64,000 bases of DNA from an uncultured Chroococcidiopsis sp. (GCA_964248365.1 CAXTYC010000002.1:331275-395274), one strand, 5' to 3'. Counted from the first letter of the stretch, positions 1-11,095 are shown. Translations and numbers: made by a program. Notes: generated from the sequence alone by a model not told the origin.

Positions 1-1460
1 TTGGTATTGGTGGTATTGGGATGTCAGCCCTTGCCTATATCTTAGCCAAGCGCAAACTGCCTATTTCAGGCTCAGATATTCGTTCAAGCCATATTACTGA
101 GAAATTAGCATCACTTGGCGCTCATATTTTTAGCCAACAAGAGGCTACTAATTTGGAGTTTTTTCTAGCTTCATCTAACCTTGCCCAATCAGCTTTACCC
201 GCTGCTATGGTAGGATTAAATAGTACGCAGGTACTAAAAGAAGCAGGGCAATTATTAGGTGAATCACTTGCAAATAAAGAAAAGGCATTGCCGCAAGTGA
301 TTTGTTCAACAGCAATTAATCCAGCTAATTTAGAGTATCGAGCCGCACTGGATTTAGGTTGTCCAATTTTTCACCGTTCAGATCTACTATCCGCACTCAT
401 TGAGCAATACAACAGCATTGCCGTAGCTGGAACGCATGGTAAGACGACAACTAGCAGTATGATTGGGTACTTGTTACTCGTTGCTGGTCTCGATCCAACA
501 ATAATAGTTGGGGGAGAAGTAAAGGCATGGGAAGGTAATGCACGACTGGGCAAAAGTGAGTATCTGGTTGCCGAGGCAGATGAATCTGATGGTTCCCTAG
601 TCAAGTTGGCTGCTCAAATAGGAGTAATTACCAACATTGAACTCGATCACCCAGATCACTACAAGAATTTAGAGCAAGTGGTTGCCACATTCAAAGTGTT
701 TGCCCAACAGTGTAAAACCCTAGTGGCTTGCGTTGATTGTGCAACAGTACGCGATCGCCTCGCTCCGACAATCAGCTATAGTCTAAACCCAGAGGCTGAA
801 GCTGACTATACTGTCACCGATGTGGAATACCACACATTCGGCACAGCAGCTACGGTTTGGGAACGAAATAAAGAGCTAGGACGATTGAATTTGCAACTGC
901 TAGGGCAACATAATCTTAGTAATGCGATCGCCGCTGTAGCAGTTGGTCGTTTATTAAATTTAGACTTTTCAGTAATTGCTAATAGCATTGCTACCTTTGA
1001 AGGCGCTCGTCGTCGGTTTGAGCTACGCGGCGAAGTTAATGGCATCTCTTTCATCGATGACTACGCTCATCACCCAAGTGAGATTCAGGCAACTCTTGCC
1101 GCTGCTCGTTTACAAGCAAAACCACAAACTAGAATTGTTGCCATCTTCCAACCCCATCGTTACAGCCGTACAATGGCGTTTCTACCCCAGTTTGCCCAAT
1201 CGTTTAATCATGCAGATTTAGTAATTATCAGTGATATCTACAGTGCAGGTGAACCGAATTTAGGGCAGATTAATGGGGAAAAACTAGCGCATAGGATTGC
1301 GAAATACAATCCCCAAGTGATATATCGACCGAATTTAGCCTCTATAAGCGAGTTTCTGGTACAAACACTACGCCCCAAAGACACAGCAATATTTTTAGGA
1401 GCAGGAAACCTCAATCAGATAATTCCAGAAGTCATGGCAACCATAAAAGGTAAAGGCTGA
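1..1460 (+). CDS. murC: UDP-N-acetylmuramate--L-alanine ligase (5'-partial; frame runs off the window start)
   Basis: Frame upstream of 21 reads GIGGIG-MSALA; motifs AGTHGKTTT, EADESDGS, DHPDHY, DDYAHHP, FQPHRYSR. Confidence 0.97.
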   Translation, partial: GIGGIGMSALAYILAKRKLPISGSDIRSSHITEKLASLGAHIFSQQEATNLEFFLASSNLAQSALPAAMVGLNSTQVLKEAGQLLGESLANKEKALPQVICSTAINPANLEYRAALDLGCPIFHRSDLLSALIEQYNSIAVAGTHGKTTTSSMIGYLLLVAGLDPTIIVGGEVKAWEGNARLGKSEYLVAEADESDGSLVKLAAQIGVITNIELDHPDHYKNLEQVVATFKVFAQQCKTLVACVDCATVRDRLAPTISYSLNPEAEADYTVTDVEYHTFGTAATVWERNKELGRLNLQLLGQHNLSNAIAAVAVGRLLNLDFSVIANSIATFEGARRRFELRGEVNGISFIDDYAHHPSEIQATLAAARLQAKPQTRIVAIFQPHRYSRTMAFLPQFAQSFNHADLVIISDIYSAGEPNLGQINGEKLAHRIAKYNPQVIYRPNLASISEFLVQTLRPKDTAIFLGAGNLNQIIPEVMATIKGKG

Positions 1461-1567
1461 AGGATGAAGGATGAAGGATGAAGGATAAAAATTAAATTTC
1501 ATACTTTATACTTCATACTTCACACTTCATACTTATCTTGCCCCCCTGCCCCTCACCCCTCCTGAAT

Positions 1568-2482
1568 ATGTTAGACAGTAGTTTGATTTATTTACCTGGT
1601 ACTAATTGTCAAGTTAAATCTCAGGTTCCTTTGGCGACACTCACATCGTTTCGGGTGGGAGGACCTGCCGAATGGTACGTTGCTCCCCAGAACCTGGAAG
1701 CGCTACAAGCTAGCTTCGAGTGGGCGGCAAGGGAGGGATTAGCAGTGACGCTGTTAGGTGCGGGTTCTAACCTATTGGTAAGCGATCGCGGTATACCTGG
1801 TTTGGTAATTGGCACTCGCCATCTTCGTCACACCCAATTCAACCCTGATGGCAGGGTAACAGTAGCAGCAGGAGAACCCTTACCTCGCCTAGCATGGCAA
1901 GCAGCAGAGCGAGGCTGGCAGGGATTAGAATGGGCAGTAGGGATTCCTGGGAGCGTAGGCGGTGCGATCGTCATGAATGCCGGAGCGCATAAAAGCTGTA
2001 TAGCCGAAAGATTGGTCGATGCTCAAGTACTTTCACCTTCTGGAACCCTAAAAACCCTCACTTGCGACCAACTTGGTTACAGCTACCGCACCTCATTACT
2101 GCAAGGAAGTCAGCATCTAGTTACACAAGCAACCTTTCAGTTGCAACCAGGTGCTGATCCACAAGCAGTGATGGCAACAACCGCCCAGCACCTAGAGCAA
2201 CGACGGCAAACTCAGCCTTACCACTTACCTAGCTGTGGTAGCGTCTTTCGTAATCCTCTGCCTTACACAGCAGGTTGGCTAATTGAGCAAACTGGTCTAA
2301 AAGGCTATCAAATTGGTGCAGCGCAAGTAGCACAACGCCACGCTAATTTCATTCTCAACTGCGGCGGTGCAACAGCTAGTGATATCTCGCAGCTGATTAA
2401 ATACGTTCAGCAACAAGTGGAACAACGCTGGTCGCTCAAGCTAGAGCCAGAAGTTAAGATGCTAGGATTTCAACTTGTTTAA
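1568..2482 (+). CDS. murB: UDP-N-acetylenolpyruvoylglucosamine reductase
   Basis: [57 protein letters not shown]; follows murC; ATG at 1568 preferred because the upstream part is repeat DNA. Confidence 0.96.
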   Translation: MLDSSLIYLPGTNCQVKSQVPLATLTSFRVGGPAEWYVAPQNLEALQASFEWAAREGLAVTLLGAGSNLLVSDRGIPGLVIGTRHLRHTQFNPDGRVTVAAGEPLPRLAWQAAERGWQGLEWAVGIPGSVGGAIVMNAGAHKSCIAERLVDAQVLSPSGTLKTLTCDQLGYSYRTSLLQGSQHLVTQATFQLQPGADPQAVMATTAQHLEQRRQTQPYHLPSCGSVFRNPLPYTAGWLIEQTGLKGYQIGAAQVAQRHANFILNCGGATASDISQLIKYVQQQVEQRWSLKLEPEVKMLGFQLV

Positions 2483-2780
2483 CACTCACAAGGATCAATA
2501 GACTTCTTGCAGAAGTAGGGAAAAGGGAAAAGGCGCTCATGTTAAAGGATAATTCGTAATTATCTTTATCTCCCTACAGCAATCCCTGCTCTATTCCTAG
2601 TCTCTAACATCAGCGCCACCATAAGACAATTGGCACTAAAGCAAGAGGTCTAATCTAGGTATGCTGGGGCATAGTATTTATTCTCTATGAGCAAGTAGAG
2701 TACTTGAGTGCCTAACGCACCCTACAGCGCATCTATAATTTAATGGAACTTTTATCTAATTTAAAACCACTCAACTAGAT

Positions 2781-3125
2781 ATGACACAAGGAAAAGGATT
2801 CGGCTTTGGTCTAGGAAAAATGAAAGAACTCGCAGATGCTTTCAAAAAGGCACAGCAAGTTCAAGAGGGCGCAAAAAGGCTCCAAGAAGAACTCGAAGAA
2901 ATGGAGATTGTTGGAGAAGCAGGCGGCGGTTTGGTGAAAGTGGTTCTGAGCGGCAATCAAGAACCTCGGCGGGTAGAAATTGCCCAACAGGCTGTGTCAG
3001 AAGGAGTAGATGTGCTGTCCGATCTTGTCACAGCAGCCATGAAAGACGCTTACAACAAATCCACAGCCACAATGCGGGAACGCATGGAAGAATTAACCAG
3101 TGGTTTGGAGATCCCTGGAATGTAA
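2781..3125 (+). CDS. YbaB/EbfC family nucleoid-associated protein
   Basis: [17 protein letters not shown]...[10 protein letters not shown]...[10 protein letters not shown]. Confidence 0.92.
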   Translation: MTQGKGFGFGLGKMKELADAFKKAQQVQEGAKRLQEELEEMEIVGEAGGGLVKVVLSGNQEPRRVEIAQQAVSEGVDVLSDLVTAAMKDAYNKSTATMRERMEELTSGLEIPGM

Positions 3126-3256
3126 CAAAATCAGGAGAAAGGAGTTGTGGAGCCAGAAGCTGTGAAGTTGTGAATATTTAATTCTTTCCTCTCCCCCCTG
3201 CACCCGAAGCTCCCCTGCCCCCTACTCCACAACTCCACAACTCCTCACTTGTAGGT

Positions 3257-3751
3257 ATGCCTTACAAACTACTTTTTGTCTGCCTTGGTAACATCTGCCG
3301 ATCGCCAGCAGCAGAAAACATCATGAATTATCTGATTTTGCAAAACCAACTAAGCAAACAGATAATTTGTGACTCTGCTGGCACATCAAGCTATCACATT
3401 GGTAGTCCCCCTGACCAACGTATGACAGCAGCAGCAGCCAGTCGGCTAGGAATTAAACTACGTGGTCAGGCTCGTCAGTTAAAAAAGTCAGATCTGGAAA
3501 ACTTTGACTTGATTTTAGCGATGGATCTCGTCAACTACCAAGAGATTTTGGCTCTCGATTCAGCCGAGCAATACCGAGATAAAGTGCATTTGATGTGCGA
3601 TTTTTGCTCTAAGTACAGCACTAAGGAAGTTCCAGACCCCTACTATGGAGGAGCAGAAGGATTTAATCATGTTATCGATTTACTCCAAGACGCTTGTAAT
3701 GGGCTACTTCAGCACGTAAATGAGGAAATAAGGATGAAGGATAAAGGCTAA
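3257..3751 (+). CDS. Low-molecular-weight protein-tyrosine phosphatase
   Basis: VCLGNICRSPAAE P-loop, DSAGT, VPDPYYGG. Confidence 0.95.
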   Translation: MPYKLLFVCLGNICRSPAAENIMNYLILQNQLSKQIICDSAGTSSYHIGSPPDQRMTAAAASRLGIKLRGQARQLKKSDLENFDLILAMDLVNYQEILALDSAEQYRDKVHLMCDFCSKYSTKEVPDPYYGGAEGFNHVIDLLQDACNGLLQHVNEEIRMKDKG

Positions 3752-4008
3752 AGGTTGAAGGGAAAAGGGGAAAGGGAAAAGGCGCTCATGTTAAAGGGTA
3801 AAGGGAAGTTGAAGAGTTTCTCGTTAAGAGTGTTGAGTTTTGAATTGTTTAAGTTTTTAACTCATAACTCACGCATTCTTTACGAGAAACTTTTTAACCT
3901 TCATACTTCATCCTTCATCCTACCCAAGCTGTGCCGGCGGTAACTAAGCGAACGGCAAATTCGGGGTACGGGAAGGCTTCACCTACATACTTCATACTTT
4001 TTTCGCCC

Positions 4009-4668
4009 CTATTCCAACAACCGATTTTTCATAGCAAAGCCAACTAGTTCGGCGCGGTTATTAGTGGCAGTTTTGCGTAATAAGTTGCTAACGTATTTTT
4101 CCACTGTGCGAGGACTCAGGTGTAGTCGAGTACCAATTTGAGCATTGGAAAGACCATGGGTTAGCATGACTAAAACTTCCCGTTCTCGATCTGTTAAGTG
4201 GAAAGATAATTCAGGTTTTTGGGTTGTAACTGTGGGGGGCTGTACAGAAGTACGCCAGCCTTCTTCGTAGGATAAGCGATATTCTGATTGGAGCATTTGC
4301 GATCGCTCCAAAAGATTGCGAATTGCTGCTGCTAGTTCTTGCAACTCAAACGGCTTAGGTAAATACAGATCTGCACCTGATTGGTAGCCTTGAATCCTTT
4401 CCTCCGTTTTGTTGCGTTCTGTTAAGAATATTACTGGCAACAATCGTAGCGAAGGGTGCTGTCGTACGCTTCGCACAAGTTGATAACCGTTCATGCGGGG
4501 CATGACAATATCAGTCACCATTAAATGAGGACGATACGACTCAACCATGTCCAACGCTTGTTGACCATCAGCAGCCGTGATGACTGAATAGCCACACATT
4601 TCAAGATAATCGCTAATGGCTAGACGAGTTCCAGGATCGTCATCAACAACAAGGATGGTCAAAGGCAT
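4009..4668 (-). CDS. NarL/LuxR-family response regulator (REC + LuxR HTH)
   Basis: ILVVDDD, TDIVMP, YLPKPF receiver motifs; LTDREREVL...GLSNAQIG...LSPRTVEKYVSNL HTH. Confidence 0.93.
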   Translation of the reverse strand: MPLTILVVDDDPGTRLAISDYLEMCGYSVITAADGQQALDMVESYRPHLMVTDIVMPRMNGYQLVRSVRQHPSLRLLPVIFLTERNKTEERIQGYQSGADLYLPKPFELQELAAAIRNLLERSQMLQSEYRLSYEEGWRTSVQPPTVTTQKPELSFHLTDREREVLVMLTHGLSNAQIGTRLHLSPRTVEKYVSNLLRKTATNNRAELVGFAMKNRLLE

Positions 4669-5025
4669 GAATTATATATAACAAATATATTTGATAAATA
4701 AGTTTAATCACCGTAGCTGTACTCTACAACTACGGGCATAAATAATAAAGTGATTCATATATCCTACCCAGGAACTTAAAAATTAGTCATTCCAACTGTC
4801 GATAGAAAAACGGGAGTAGTCATGCACAGCTAGGGAGTTATGACTAATATCTAAAGGAATAAAGCGAAACTCCTTTGAGATAGATGGAAAGATGATAAGT
4901 TCGCAATAGAAAGGAATAACAAAATTTTTAGTAGCGAAAGTGAAATATTAAAGGCAAGCAGAAACACATTTGCGGCTTTTTTCTAGACCCCAATTTTACG
5001 ATCAGGTATTAGCGAGAAAACTTCA

Positions 5026-5493
5026 ATGAATGACAAGAGTGAAAGTTACAAAGTAGTTACTGATAATCGCAAAGCCCGTTTTTTGTATGATATCCTAGAA
5101 ACCTATGAAGCAGGAATTCAGCTAACGGGAACAGAAGTTAAGTCAATTCGGGCGGGCAAGGTCAATCTGCAAGATGGATATGCTTTAATCCGCAATGGCG
5201 AAGCATGGCTGATTAACGTGCATATTTCACCCTACACAAGTAGCAGCCAATATTTTAACCATGATCCCCGTCGCACTCGTAAATTACTGCTACATCGGCA
5301 GGAAATTCGTAAGCTAATTGGCAAGGTAGAACAGCAAGGATTGACTCTAGTGCCTTTGAAACTTTACCTCAAGCGCGGTTTAGTCAAAGTTAGCTTAGGA
5401 CTTGGCAGAGGTAAAAAGCTCCACGACAAGCGTGAAGATTTGAAGCGCCGTCAAGATCAAAGAGATATCCAACGTGCGATGAAAAATTACTAA
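5026..5493 (+). CDS. smpB: SsrA-binding protein
   Basis: NRKARFLY, EAGIQLTGTEVKSIR, RTRKLLLH, GKKLHDKR. Confidence 0.98.
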   Translation: MNDKSESYKVVTDNRKARFLYDILETYEAGIQLTGTEVKSIRAGKVNLQDGYALIRNGEAWLINVHISPYTSSSQYFNHDPRRTRKLLLHRQEIRKLIGKVEQQGLTLVPLKLYLKRGLVKVSLGLGRGKKLHDKREDLKRRQDQRDIQRAMKNY

Positions 5494-5681
5494 ACCCAGT
5501 TGGAGCTAACTAAAACGCAGAATTTAAACGGTGGTTGATGGGTCGAATTTTTCTATTTCTTGAGTAGTAGTTAAGAGAAATTGAGTTTTATTGCTCAAGA
5601 TTGATTTTGTTTAGGTTACTAACTACTAAATTAGTAATGAATCAGAAAACAACACAAAAACAACACAAACCTTAACCAACT

Positions 5682-6002
5682 ATGAAACTTTCCAATCTAT
5701 CTAAAATCGCTGGGGCTAGCATTCTTGCCTTGACTTTGGCTACTCTACCTGCTCACGCCCAAAGTACGGGGGGCGGCACGGGAGGCGGCACAGCTGGCAA
5801 CACTAATGGCACTATGACAGACCACACCCAAGGCGCAGGAACTGACGCTACAACCACTAGAAATGATCGCGGCTTTGATTGGGGTTGGCTAGGATTAATC
5901 GGTTTAGCAGGTCTAGCTGGATTAGCTGGTAAAAAGCGTGAAGAACCCACTGTTTACCGCGACCCTAATGCTGTAGGAACCACTACTTCTTATAGAGAGT
6001 AA
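5682..6002 (+). CDS. Secreted WGxxGxxG-CTERM domain protein
   Basis: Signal peptide ending AHA, G/T-rich linker, FDWGWLGLIGLAGLAGLAGKKR. Confidence 0.85.
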   Translation: MKLSNLSKIAGASILALTLATLPAHAQSTGGGTGGGTAGNTNGTMTDHTQGAGTDATTTRNDRGFDWGWLGLIGLAGLAGLAGKKREEPTVYRDPNAVGTTTSYRE

Positions 6003-6163
6003 TCCTAATAATTTCCAACTAAGGGAAATGGTAAAAGGGTTGCATCTATGTCGCAAGTTATAAATCTCTTCCCCTAGTTCTTTGGCGGGGCTTAGTAACT
6101 AGGGGTTAATTGCTTTTTCAGAGCAAATTTGGTTCAGCTTGGAAGCGAAAGCTAATCGCTCTT

Positions 6164-6481
6164 TTACCAGCCATCTTCTTGAGGATTGGATTGACCCCAA
6201 ATTTCTAAATCTAATTCATTTAAATAGGTTAAGGCACTGCTAATTTGAGATTTTGTGCCTCGTAGTTCCAGATCAAACCAGCCGTCATCACGCTGCCCCG
6301 CGCTTAGTAGGGCGGCGGCTATATTGACAGTGACATGATGCACAGAAACCAGACGGGAAATTACTGGTTCGTCATGTAAATTTTTGGGAATACGAATTTT
6401 AATTCGAGTCTGGGTATGTCTATCAGCTTCTACGTAATTAAATGAATTGCGCTCAAATTCTTTTGTATTTTGAATTGCCAT
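6164..6481 (-). CDS. Stand-alone NIL-domain protein in the sulfate ABC operon
   Basis: EPVISRLV...VTVNIAAALL...DGWFDLELRGT...ALTYL ACT-like NIL pattern; 12 bp downstream of cysW. Confidence 0.8.
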   Translation of the reverse strand: MAIQNTKEFERNSFNYVEADRHTQTRIKIRIPKNLHDEPVISRLVSVHHVTVNIAAALLSAGQRDDGWFDLELRGTKSQISSALTYLNELDLEIWGQSNPQEDGW

Positions 6482-6493
6482 AATATTAGCCTC

Positions 6494-7375
6494 TTATTCG
6501 ACATCTTTAATTCTTGTTTTGCGTTCTAGAATTTCTTTCAACACAAGCGTGACTAATGCTAAACCAGCAAGCAGAACAGCGGCTGAAAACGCTGCCCCAG
6601 TCGCATACTGCTTGTAGGCTTCCTCGACAAACAGCGGTAAGGTTTGAGTTTTGCCAGCAATATTACCAGACACGACTGATACTGCTCCAAACTCGCCCAT
6701 TACTCTGGCGTTGGTCAAAATCACACCGTAAAGTAGTCCCCAACGGATATTGGGTAAGGTGACACGCCAGAAGATTTGCCACTCACTAGCACCCAAAGTT
6801 TTAGCAGCTTCTTCTTGATCGGTTCCGGCTTCTTCTAAAACGGGAATGACTTCACGGGCGACAAAGGGTAAGGTGATAAAAGCACTTGCGAGTACCATTG
6901 CAGGCATAGCAAAAATGATTTTAATGTTTGCCGCTTCTAGAAATGGTCCAAACCAGCCATTGCGTCCGTAGAGCAGCACAATCATCAAACCAGCTACGAC
7001 TGGAGATACTGCAAACGGAATGTCTAAAAGGCTAGTGAGAAAGGCTCTACCTCGAAATCGATGTCGAGCAATTACCCAGGCTGCACACAGTCCAAATACA
7101 GTATTTAAGGGTACAACGATTAAGGCGATCGCAATCGTAAGCCATGCTGCATGAGTAAAAGCAGGTTCGGTCAAGTTGTTGAGGAAAGGACCAAACCCTG
7201 ACTTAAACGCTTGTACGAAGACGTTAAGGGCAGGAATGAATAAGATTAGGGATAAATAGGCGATCGCCACCCCAATCAATACCACTTTCACCCAGGGACG
7301 CTGTTTTGCTGGTGAGGATGACTGAGAATCCGGCGAACCGGACTGTAGAGAACTTCCCGCTAATTCATAGTTCAT
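6494..7375 (-). CDS. cysW: Sulfate ABC transporter permease CysW
   Basis: [43 protein letters not shown]. Confidence 0.95.
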   Translation of the reverse strand: MNYELAGSSLQSGSPDSQSSSPAKQRPWVKVVLIGVAIAYLSLILFIPALNVFVQAFKSGFGPFLNNLTEPAFTHAAWLTIAIALIVVPLNTVFGLCAAWVIARHRFRGRAFLTSLLDIPFAVSPVVAGLMIVLLYGRNGWFGPFLEAANIKIIFAMPAMVLASAFITLPFVAREVIPVLEEAGTDQEEAAKTLGASEWQIFWRVTLPNIRWGLLYGVILTNARVMGEFGAVSVVSGNIAGKTQTLPLFVEEAYKQYATGAAFSAAVLLAGLALVTLVLKEILERKTRIKDVE

Positions 7376-8219
7376 AACGTCGCCCCCAAGCTTGTAACAA
7401 GTTAATTGCTAACAGTATTAATAGTGAAATTGCCAATAGCACAGTGCCAATTACAGTTGCTCCCGAATAGTCATACTGCTCTAAGCGTTGGATAATCAGC
7501 ACGGAGGCGATTAAATCTTTAAATGGCACGTTAGAAGCCACAATTACAATCGAACCGTACTCCCCTACAGCACGAGCAAATCCCAAAGCCAGACCCGTCA
7601 ACAAAGCTGGCATCAAAGGCGGTAAGATGACTCGCCAAAATGTCTGCCATTGCGAAGCGCCCAAAGACCAAGCTGCTTCTTCTATTTCATCCTCCATTTC
7701 CTGTAAAACTGGCTGCAATGTCCGCACTACGAAAGGCAAGGAGATAAATAGCATTGCCACAGCTACCCCAAGGCGAGTAAATGCTACCTTTATTCCCAAA
7801 GGTGCTAGTAATGAACCAATCCAGCCATTTTGACTGTATACGGTAGCTAAAGTCAAACCTGCAACCGAGGTAGGTAAAGCAAATGGCAAATCAATTGCTG
7901 CATCTACGAACCGCTTGAGTGGGAAATTGTACCGAACTAAAACCCAAGCAATCAAAAGACCAAAGACTCCATTAATCAATGCAGCTATTCCAGATGTGAC
8001 AAAGGTGACATCATAAGTAGCAAGCGCAATCGGACTGGTAGCAATTCTCCAAAAGTCAATCGGCTTTTCTGTACTAGCCTTCAATATCAGCGCCGCCACA
8101 GGCAGCAATAGCATGATTGTAAGATACCCGAAAGTAATCCGCCAGGGCAGGGAAAACTTACTTAGCTGGTTAAATGGATTCTTGCTAACAGGAGTGTGAG
8201 GAGGAGCTGATACAGCCAT
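7365..8219 (-). CDS. cysT: Sulfate ABC transporter permease CysT
   Basis: [40 protein letters not shown]. Confidence 0.95.
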   Translation of the reverse strand: MAVSAPPHTPVSKNPFNQLSKFSLPWRITFGYLTIMLLLPVAALILKASTEKPIDFWRIATSPIALATYDVTFVTSGIAALINGVFGLLIAWVLVRYNFPLKRFVDAAIDLPFALPTSVAGLTLATVYSQNGWIGSLLAPLGIKVAFTRLGVAVAMLFISLPFVVRTLQPVLQEMEDEIEEAAWSLGASQWQTFWRVILPPLMPALLTGLALGFARAVGEYGSIVIVASNVPFKDLIASVLIIQRLEQYDYSGATVIGTVLLAISLLILLAINLLQAWGRRYEL

Positions 8220-8371
8220 AAAAAAGTGTGAAGGATAAAGGTTGAAGGGGCTAGGGGCTAGGGGCTAGAGGAACCAGAGGAACCAGAGGAACCAGAGGAA
8301 CCAGAGGCGCAAATGGTTGTTTTCTCCCCTTTTCCCCCTCTCCCACTCTCCCCTGCGCGACCCCAGCTCTC

Positions 8372-9463
8372 TTACCTGGCGCTAGCTTGAATTTTGTCAA
8401 AAATTGCGCCGTCATCGAAGAATTTCTTTTGAATTCCATCCCAGCCACCCATATCTTGGGCAGTGAATAGAGTTTTGATCGCAGGAAACTGCCCCGCCAC
8501 TTCTTTTCCTACTGTGGGTTCTACGGGTCGGAAGCCATACTTAGCAAATGCTCTTTGCGATTCTGGTGTGTAGAGATACTGAACAAATGCTTCGGCAACT
8601 TTTCTAGTGTTGTGTTTATCGACGTTTTTGTCTACAACAGCGATCGGATTATCAATGGAGATGTTAACGTCAGGAACTACATAAGGCAGTTTCTCGCCTT
8701 GCTGCCCAGCTAAAATCATCTCATTTTCGTAGTTGATTAAAACGTCTCCCTGACCTTGCTTGAAAAATGCGTCACTGGCTTCACGGGCATCTCTGGGTAA
8801 TACAGGGACGTTCTTAAATACTTTTGCCGTGAAATCTTGAGCTTTTGCATCGTTACCTCCTGTTTGGGTAACAGAACCCCACAAGCCCAAAAAATTCCAC
8901 CTTGCACCACCGGATGTTTTGGGGTTGGCGGTGATTACACTCACGCCATCGTTTGCCAAGTCTGCCCAATTTTTAACTGATTTGGGATTGCCTTGGCGGG
9001 TGACAAGGGCTGCTACAGATTTACTCACAATGGCATTGTTAGGAGCTTCTTTTTCCCAGCCTGGTTGAATCAAGCCTGCTTTCTCAATTTTTTTTGTGTC
9101 AAGGGCAAGTGCTAGATGTACAATGTCAGCTTCTAAGCCATCGATTACGGCACGAGTTTGAGAACCCGATCCACCGTAGCTTTGATTGAAAGTAACGGTT
9201 TGGTTATTTTCTTTTTTCCACTGTTCGACAAATTTAGGAATGATTTCGTCGTGGGCGGCTTTGGTGACGGCAAAGGAAACGAGGTTTAACTGTACGTTCC
9301 CGCCTTGACTAGCCACTGTCGTAGTACTACTACCCGTACTTGTATTAGTATTGCCTGCACAGGCAGCGATCGCTACACTCAAGCCTAATCCCACCAAAAA
9401 CAGCGACACAAATCTTTTTAGCCTAATCCGATGCCACAGCCCCATGAAACGTTCTCCTTGCAA
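8372..9463 (-). CDS. sbp: Sulfate ABC transporter substrate-binding lipoprotein
   Basis: Lipobox IAAC; QSYGGSGSQTRAVIDGLEAD, ANPKTSGGARWNFL, INYENE; exact start uncertain. Confidence 0.95.
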   Translation of the reverse strand: MQGERFMGLWHRIRLKRFVSLFLVGLGLSVAIAACAGNTNTSTGSSTTTVASQGGNVQLNLVSFAVTKAAHDEIIPKFVEQWKKENNQTVTFNQSYGGSGSQTRAVIDGLEADIVHLALALDTKKIEKAGLIQPGWEKEAPNNAIVSKSVAALVTRQGNPKSVKNWADLANDGVSVITANPKTSGGARWNFLGLWGSVTQTGGNDAKAQDFTAKVFKNVPVLPRDAREASDAFFKQGQGDVLINYENEMILAGQQGEKLPYVVPDVNISIDNPIAVVDKNVDKHNTRKVAEAFVQYLYTPESQRAFAKYGFRPVEPTVGKEVAGQFPAIKTLFTAQDMGGWDGIQKKFFDDGAIFDKIQASAR

Positions 9464-9581
9464 TCTCCGGTTAATCGGGCGGAATACCGGAGTTATTAGT
9501 CATGAAAATAGATTATACAGGGCGGTGGGTAAAAATGCAAATGAACTTCTCGCAGCCCAAATATTCTATTTCCCAAACTCA

Positions 9582-9680
9582 TACCAATTTTCCTAGATGA
9601 TGCGACAAATAAGATCCCCCAACCCCTTATAAAGGGGGCTAGGGGGATCGTAAAAAGTGCAAGTTTATCGAGAAACGGTA
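9582..9680. mobile_element. MITE-like element with TACC...GGTA termini and an internal GATCCCCC/GGGGGATC palindrome
   Basis: Imperfect terminal inverted repeats (TACCAATTTTC / GAGAAACGGTA) flanked by TCA on both sides; similar element at 37091-37248. Confidence 0.6.
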
Positions 9681-9718
9681 TCAGCCTGGGAACTAGGTTT
9701 AGAGCTTAGGAACGAGGA

Positions 9719-10024
9719 TTAATCTTGCTCGTCAAACAGTGTATCTAAATCGCGGTAGCCACTAACTACCCGCACAACTTCAATACCATCTTCAATCAGG
9801 CGGTAGAAAATCAGGTAGCCATCGACTGGGAAGCTCCTTAGCGAAGGTAAAATACCATCACGACTGCGCCCCATGTTGGGAAAATTAGCTAAATTTCTAC
9901 ACCTTTGATTAATTTTTTCTAGAAAGCGCTCTGCTACATCAAAATCCCTGCTATCAGCGATGTAGTCGATAATGCTTTCAATATCTCGACTAGCTATAGA
10001 AGTAAACCTGCAAACATTACTCAT
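9719..10024 (-). CDS. Type II toxin, ParE/RelE family
   Basis: ASRDIESIIDYIA, LANFPNMGRSR, LRSFPVDGYLIFYR, IEVVRVVSGYRDL. Confidence 0.9.
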   Translation of the reverse strand: MSNVCRFTSIASRDIESIIDYIADSRDFDVAERFLEKINQRCRNLANFPNMGRSRDGILPSLRSFPVDGYLIFYRLIEDGIEVVRVVSGYRDLDTLFDEQD

Positions 10025-10290
10025 TTCCCAGACTGCTGGCGACGGCGTTGTAACTTCTCGCGCAGTTCGCGGAAAACGGTTTCACCATCAATAAGCTCAC
10101 CCCGATCAGCAGCTTCAATACCGATCATGATTTCCTTTCTCAATTCCTCAAACCGTCCCTTGTAGATGCGTTCTCGTTCCTCTAACAGCTTGATACCTGC
10201 TGCAATTACCTCGTCAACTGAGGTAAACTTACCGCTTTCTAGCTGGCTTTGGATGAACTGCTCAAGCTCTGGAGTTAACGACACATTCAT
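10021..10290 (-). CDS. Type II antitoxin, ParD-like (ribbon-helix-helix)
   Basis: MNVSLTPELEQFIQSQLESGKFTSVDEVI; 4-bp overlap with the toxin. Confidence 0.9.
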   Translation of the reverse strand: MNVSLTPELEQFIQSQLESGKFTSVDEVIAAGIKLLEERERIYKGRFEELRKEIMIGIEAADRGELIDGETVFRELREKLQRRRQQSGK

Positions 10291-10493
10291 GGGTGTTTAC
10301 CGTCTATGCTGATTTTAATTTTACTAGATGTAACTCATGCCAGGTTTTCTAGTTCCAAGCTTCAGGTTTGGAATTAGAACATAAGACTGCGCTTACATTA
10401 AATGCAAATTACTAGCTAGTTTTCTCAATACTGTTTACTTGAGCAAGTAGTAGATTTCCATTTGCATTCTTAAATAAGAGTTGGTTAAAAACC

Positions 10494-11066
10494 TTATTTA
10501 CAGCCTTTTATTTTCTTGAGTGACTGACGAACTTTTTCTGAAAAATCAGCAGGCTCCTTCCATAGCGAAGGATATTTTATAGGCTTTAAATGACTAAATT
10601 CTCCAATATACCAGTTAAATAATTCAAAAGCTTTATATTTCAATATTTCAGTAATTTCAGGATGATGGTCAGTTAATCCTGCAAGTGGAGCAGGGATTAG
10701 GACTAGATTAGCAATACAAGTATGATATCTCTCGTTATAGCAATATTTTGGATAAACATGACAAGCAGAATAATTTTTTATTTCCTTTATTCCTATTCCT
10801 GTAGCTGCCTTAATTGCTCTGTTTGGGTAACAGTTGTCATCGAGGAGAACACCATGAATTTTTTCTCCTCTTTTTTCTCCATTGTTAAATCTTCGTATAT
10901 TTAAATACTAAACTCCAAAGTCATTTTTCTTTTTGAAAGAATCAAAAACTTTAGGATTAGCCCAAACAGTAGTAAGTGCTATAAGCTTTGCTAAGTCAAT
11001 ATTTAGCTCTTCCAAAGCCTTCTCTAGTTCCTTGTTACCATCCATTGTATAATTATTTGAACTCAT
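10494..11066 (-). pseudogene. Roughly 190-codon gene interrupted by one in-frame TAG; HNH/His-Me-finger-like nuclease candidate
   Basis: Hand translation MSSNNYTMDGNKELEKALEELNIDLAKLIALTTVWANP...FGV*YLNIRR...DDNCYPNRAIK...YSACHVYP...YHTCIANLVLIPAPLAGLTDHH...YKAFELFNWY...; TAG at 10908-10910; absent from the ORF track. Confidence 0.7.
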
Positions 11067-11095
11067 TTTTATTTAAAATTAACTTAAATAAGTAA

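Noticed and set aside
3755..3943. Short ORFs made of STRR repeats (also 8251-8448, 25410-25662, 48757-49008, 51861-52061)
   Set aside because: Translations simply mirror heptamer repeats
4711..4735. Inverted repeat CCGTAGCTGTA-CTC-TACAACTACGG upstream of the response regulator
   Set aside because: Real palindrome, but cannot be assigned to a regulator; does not fit NtcA GTA-N8-TAC
10722..10904. 60-aa plus-strand ORF
   Set aside because: Antisense to the better-supported interrupted minus-strand gene at 10494-11066
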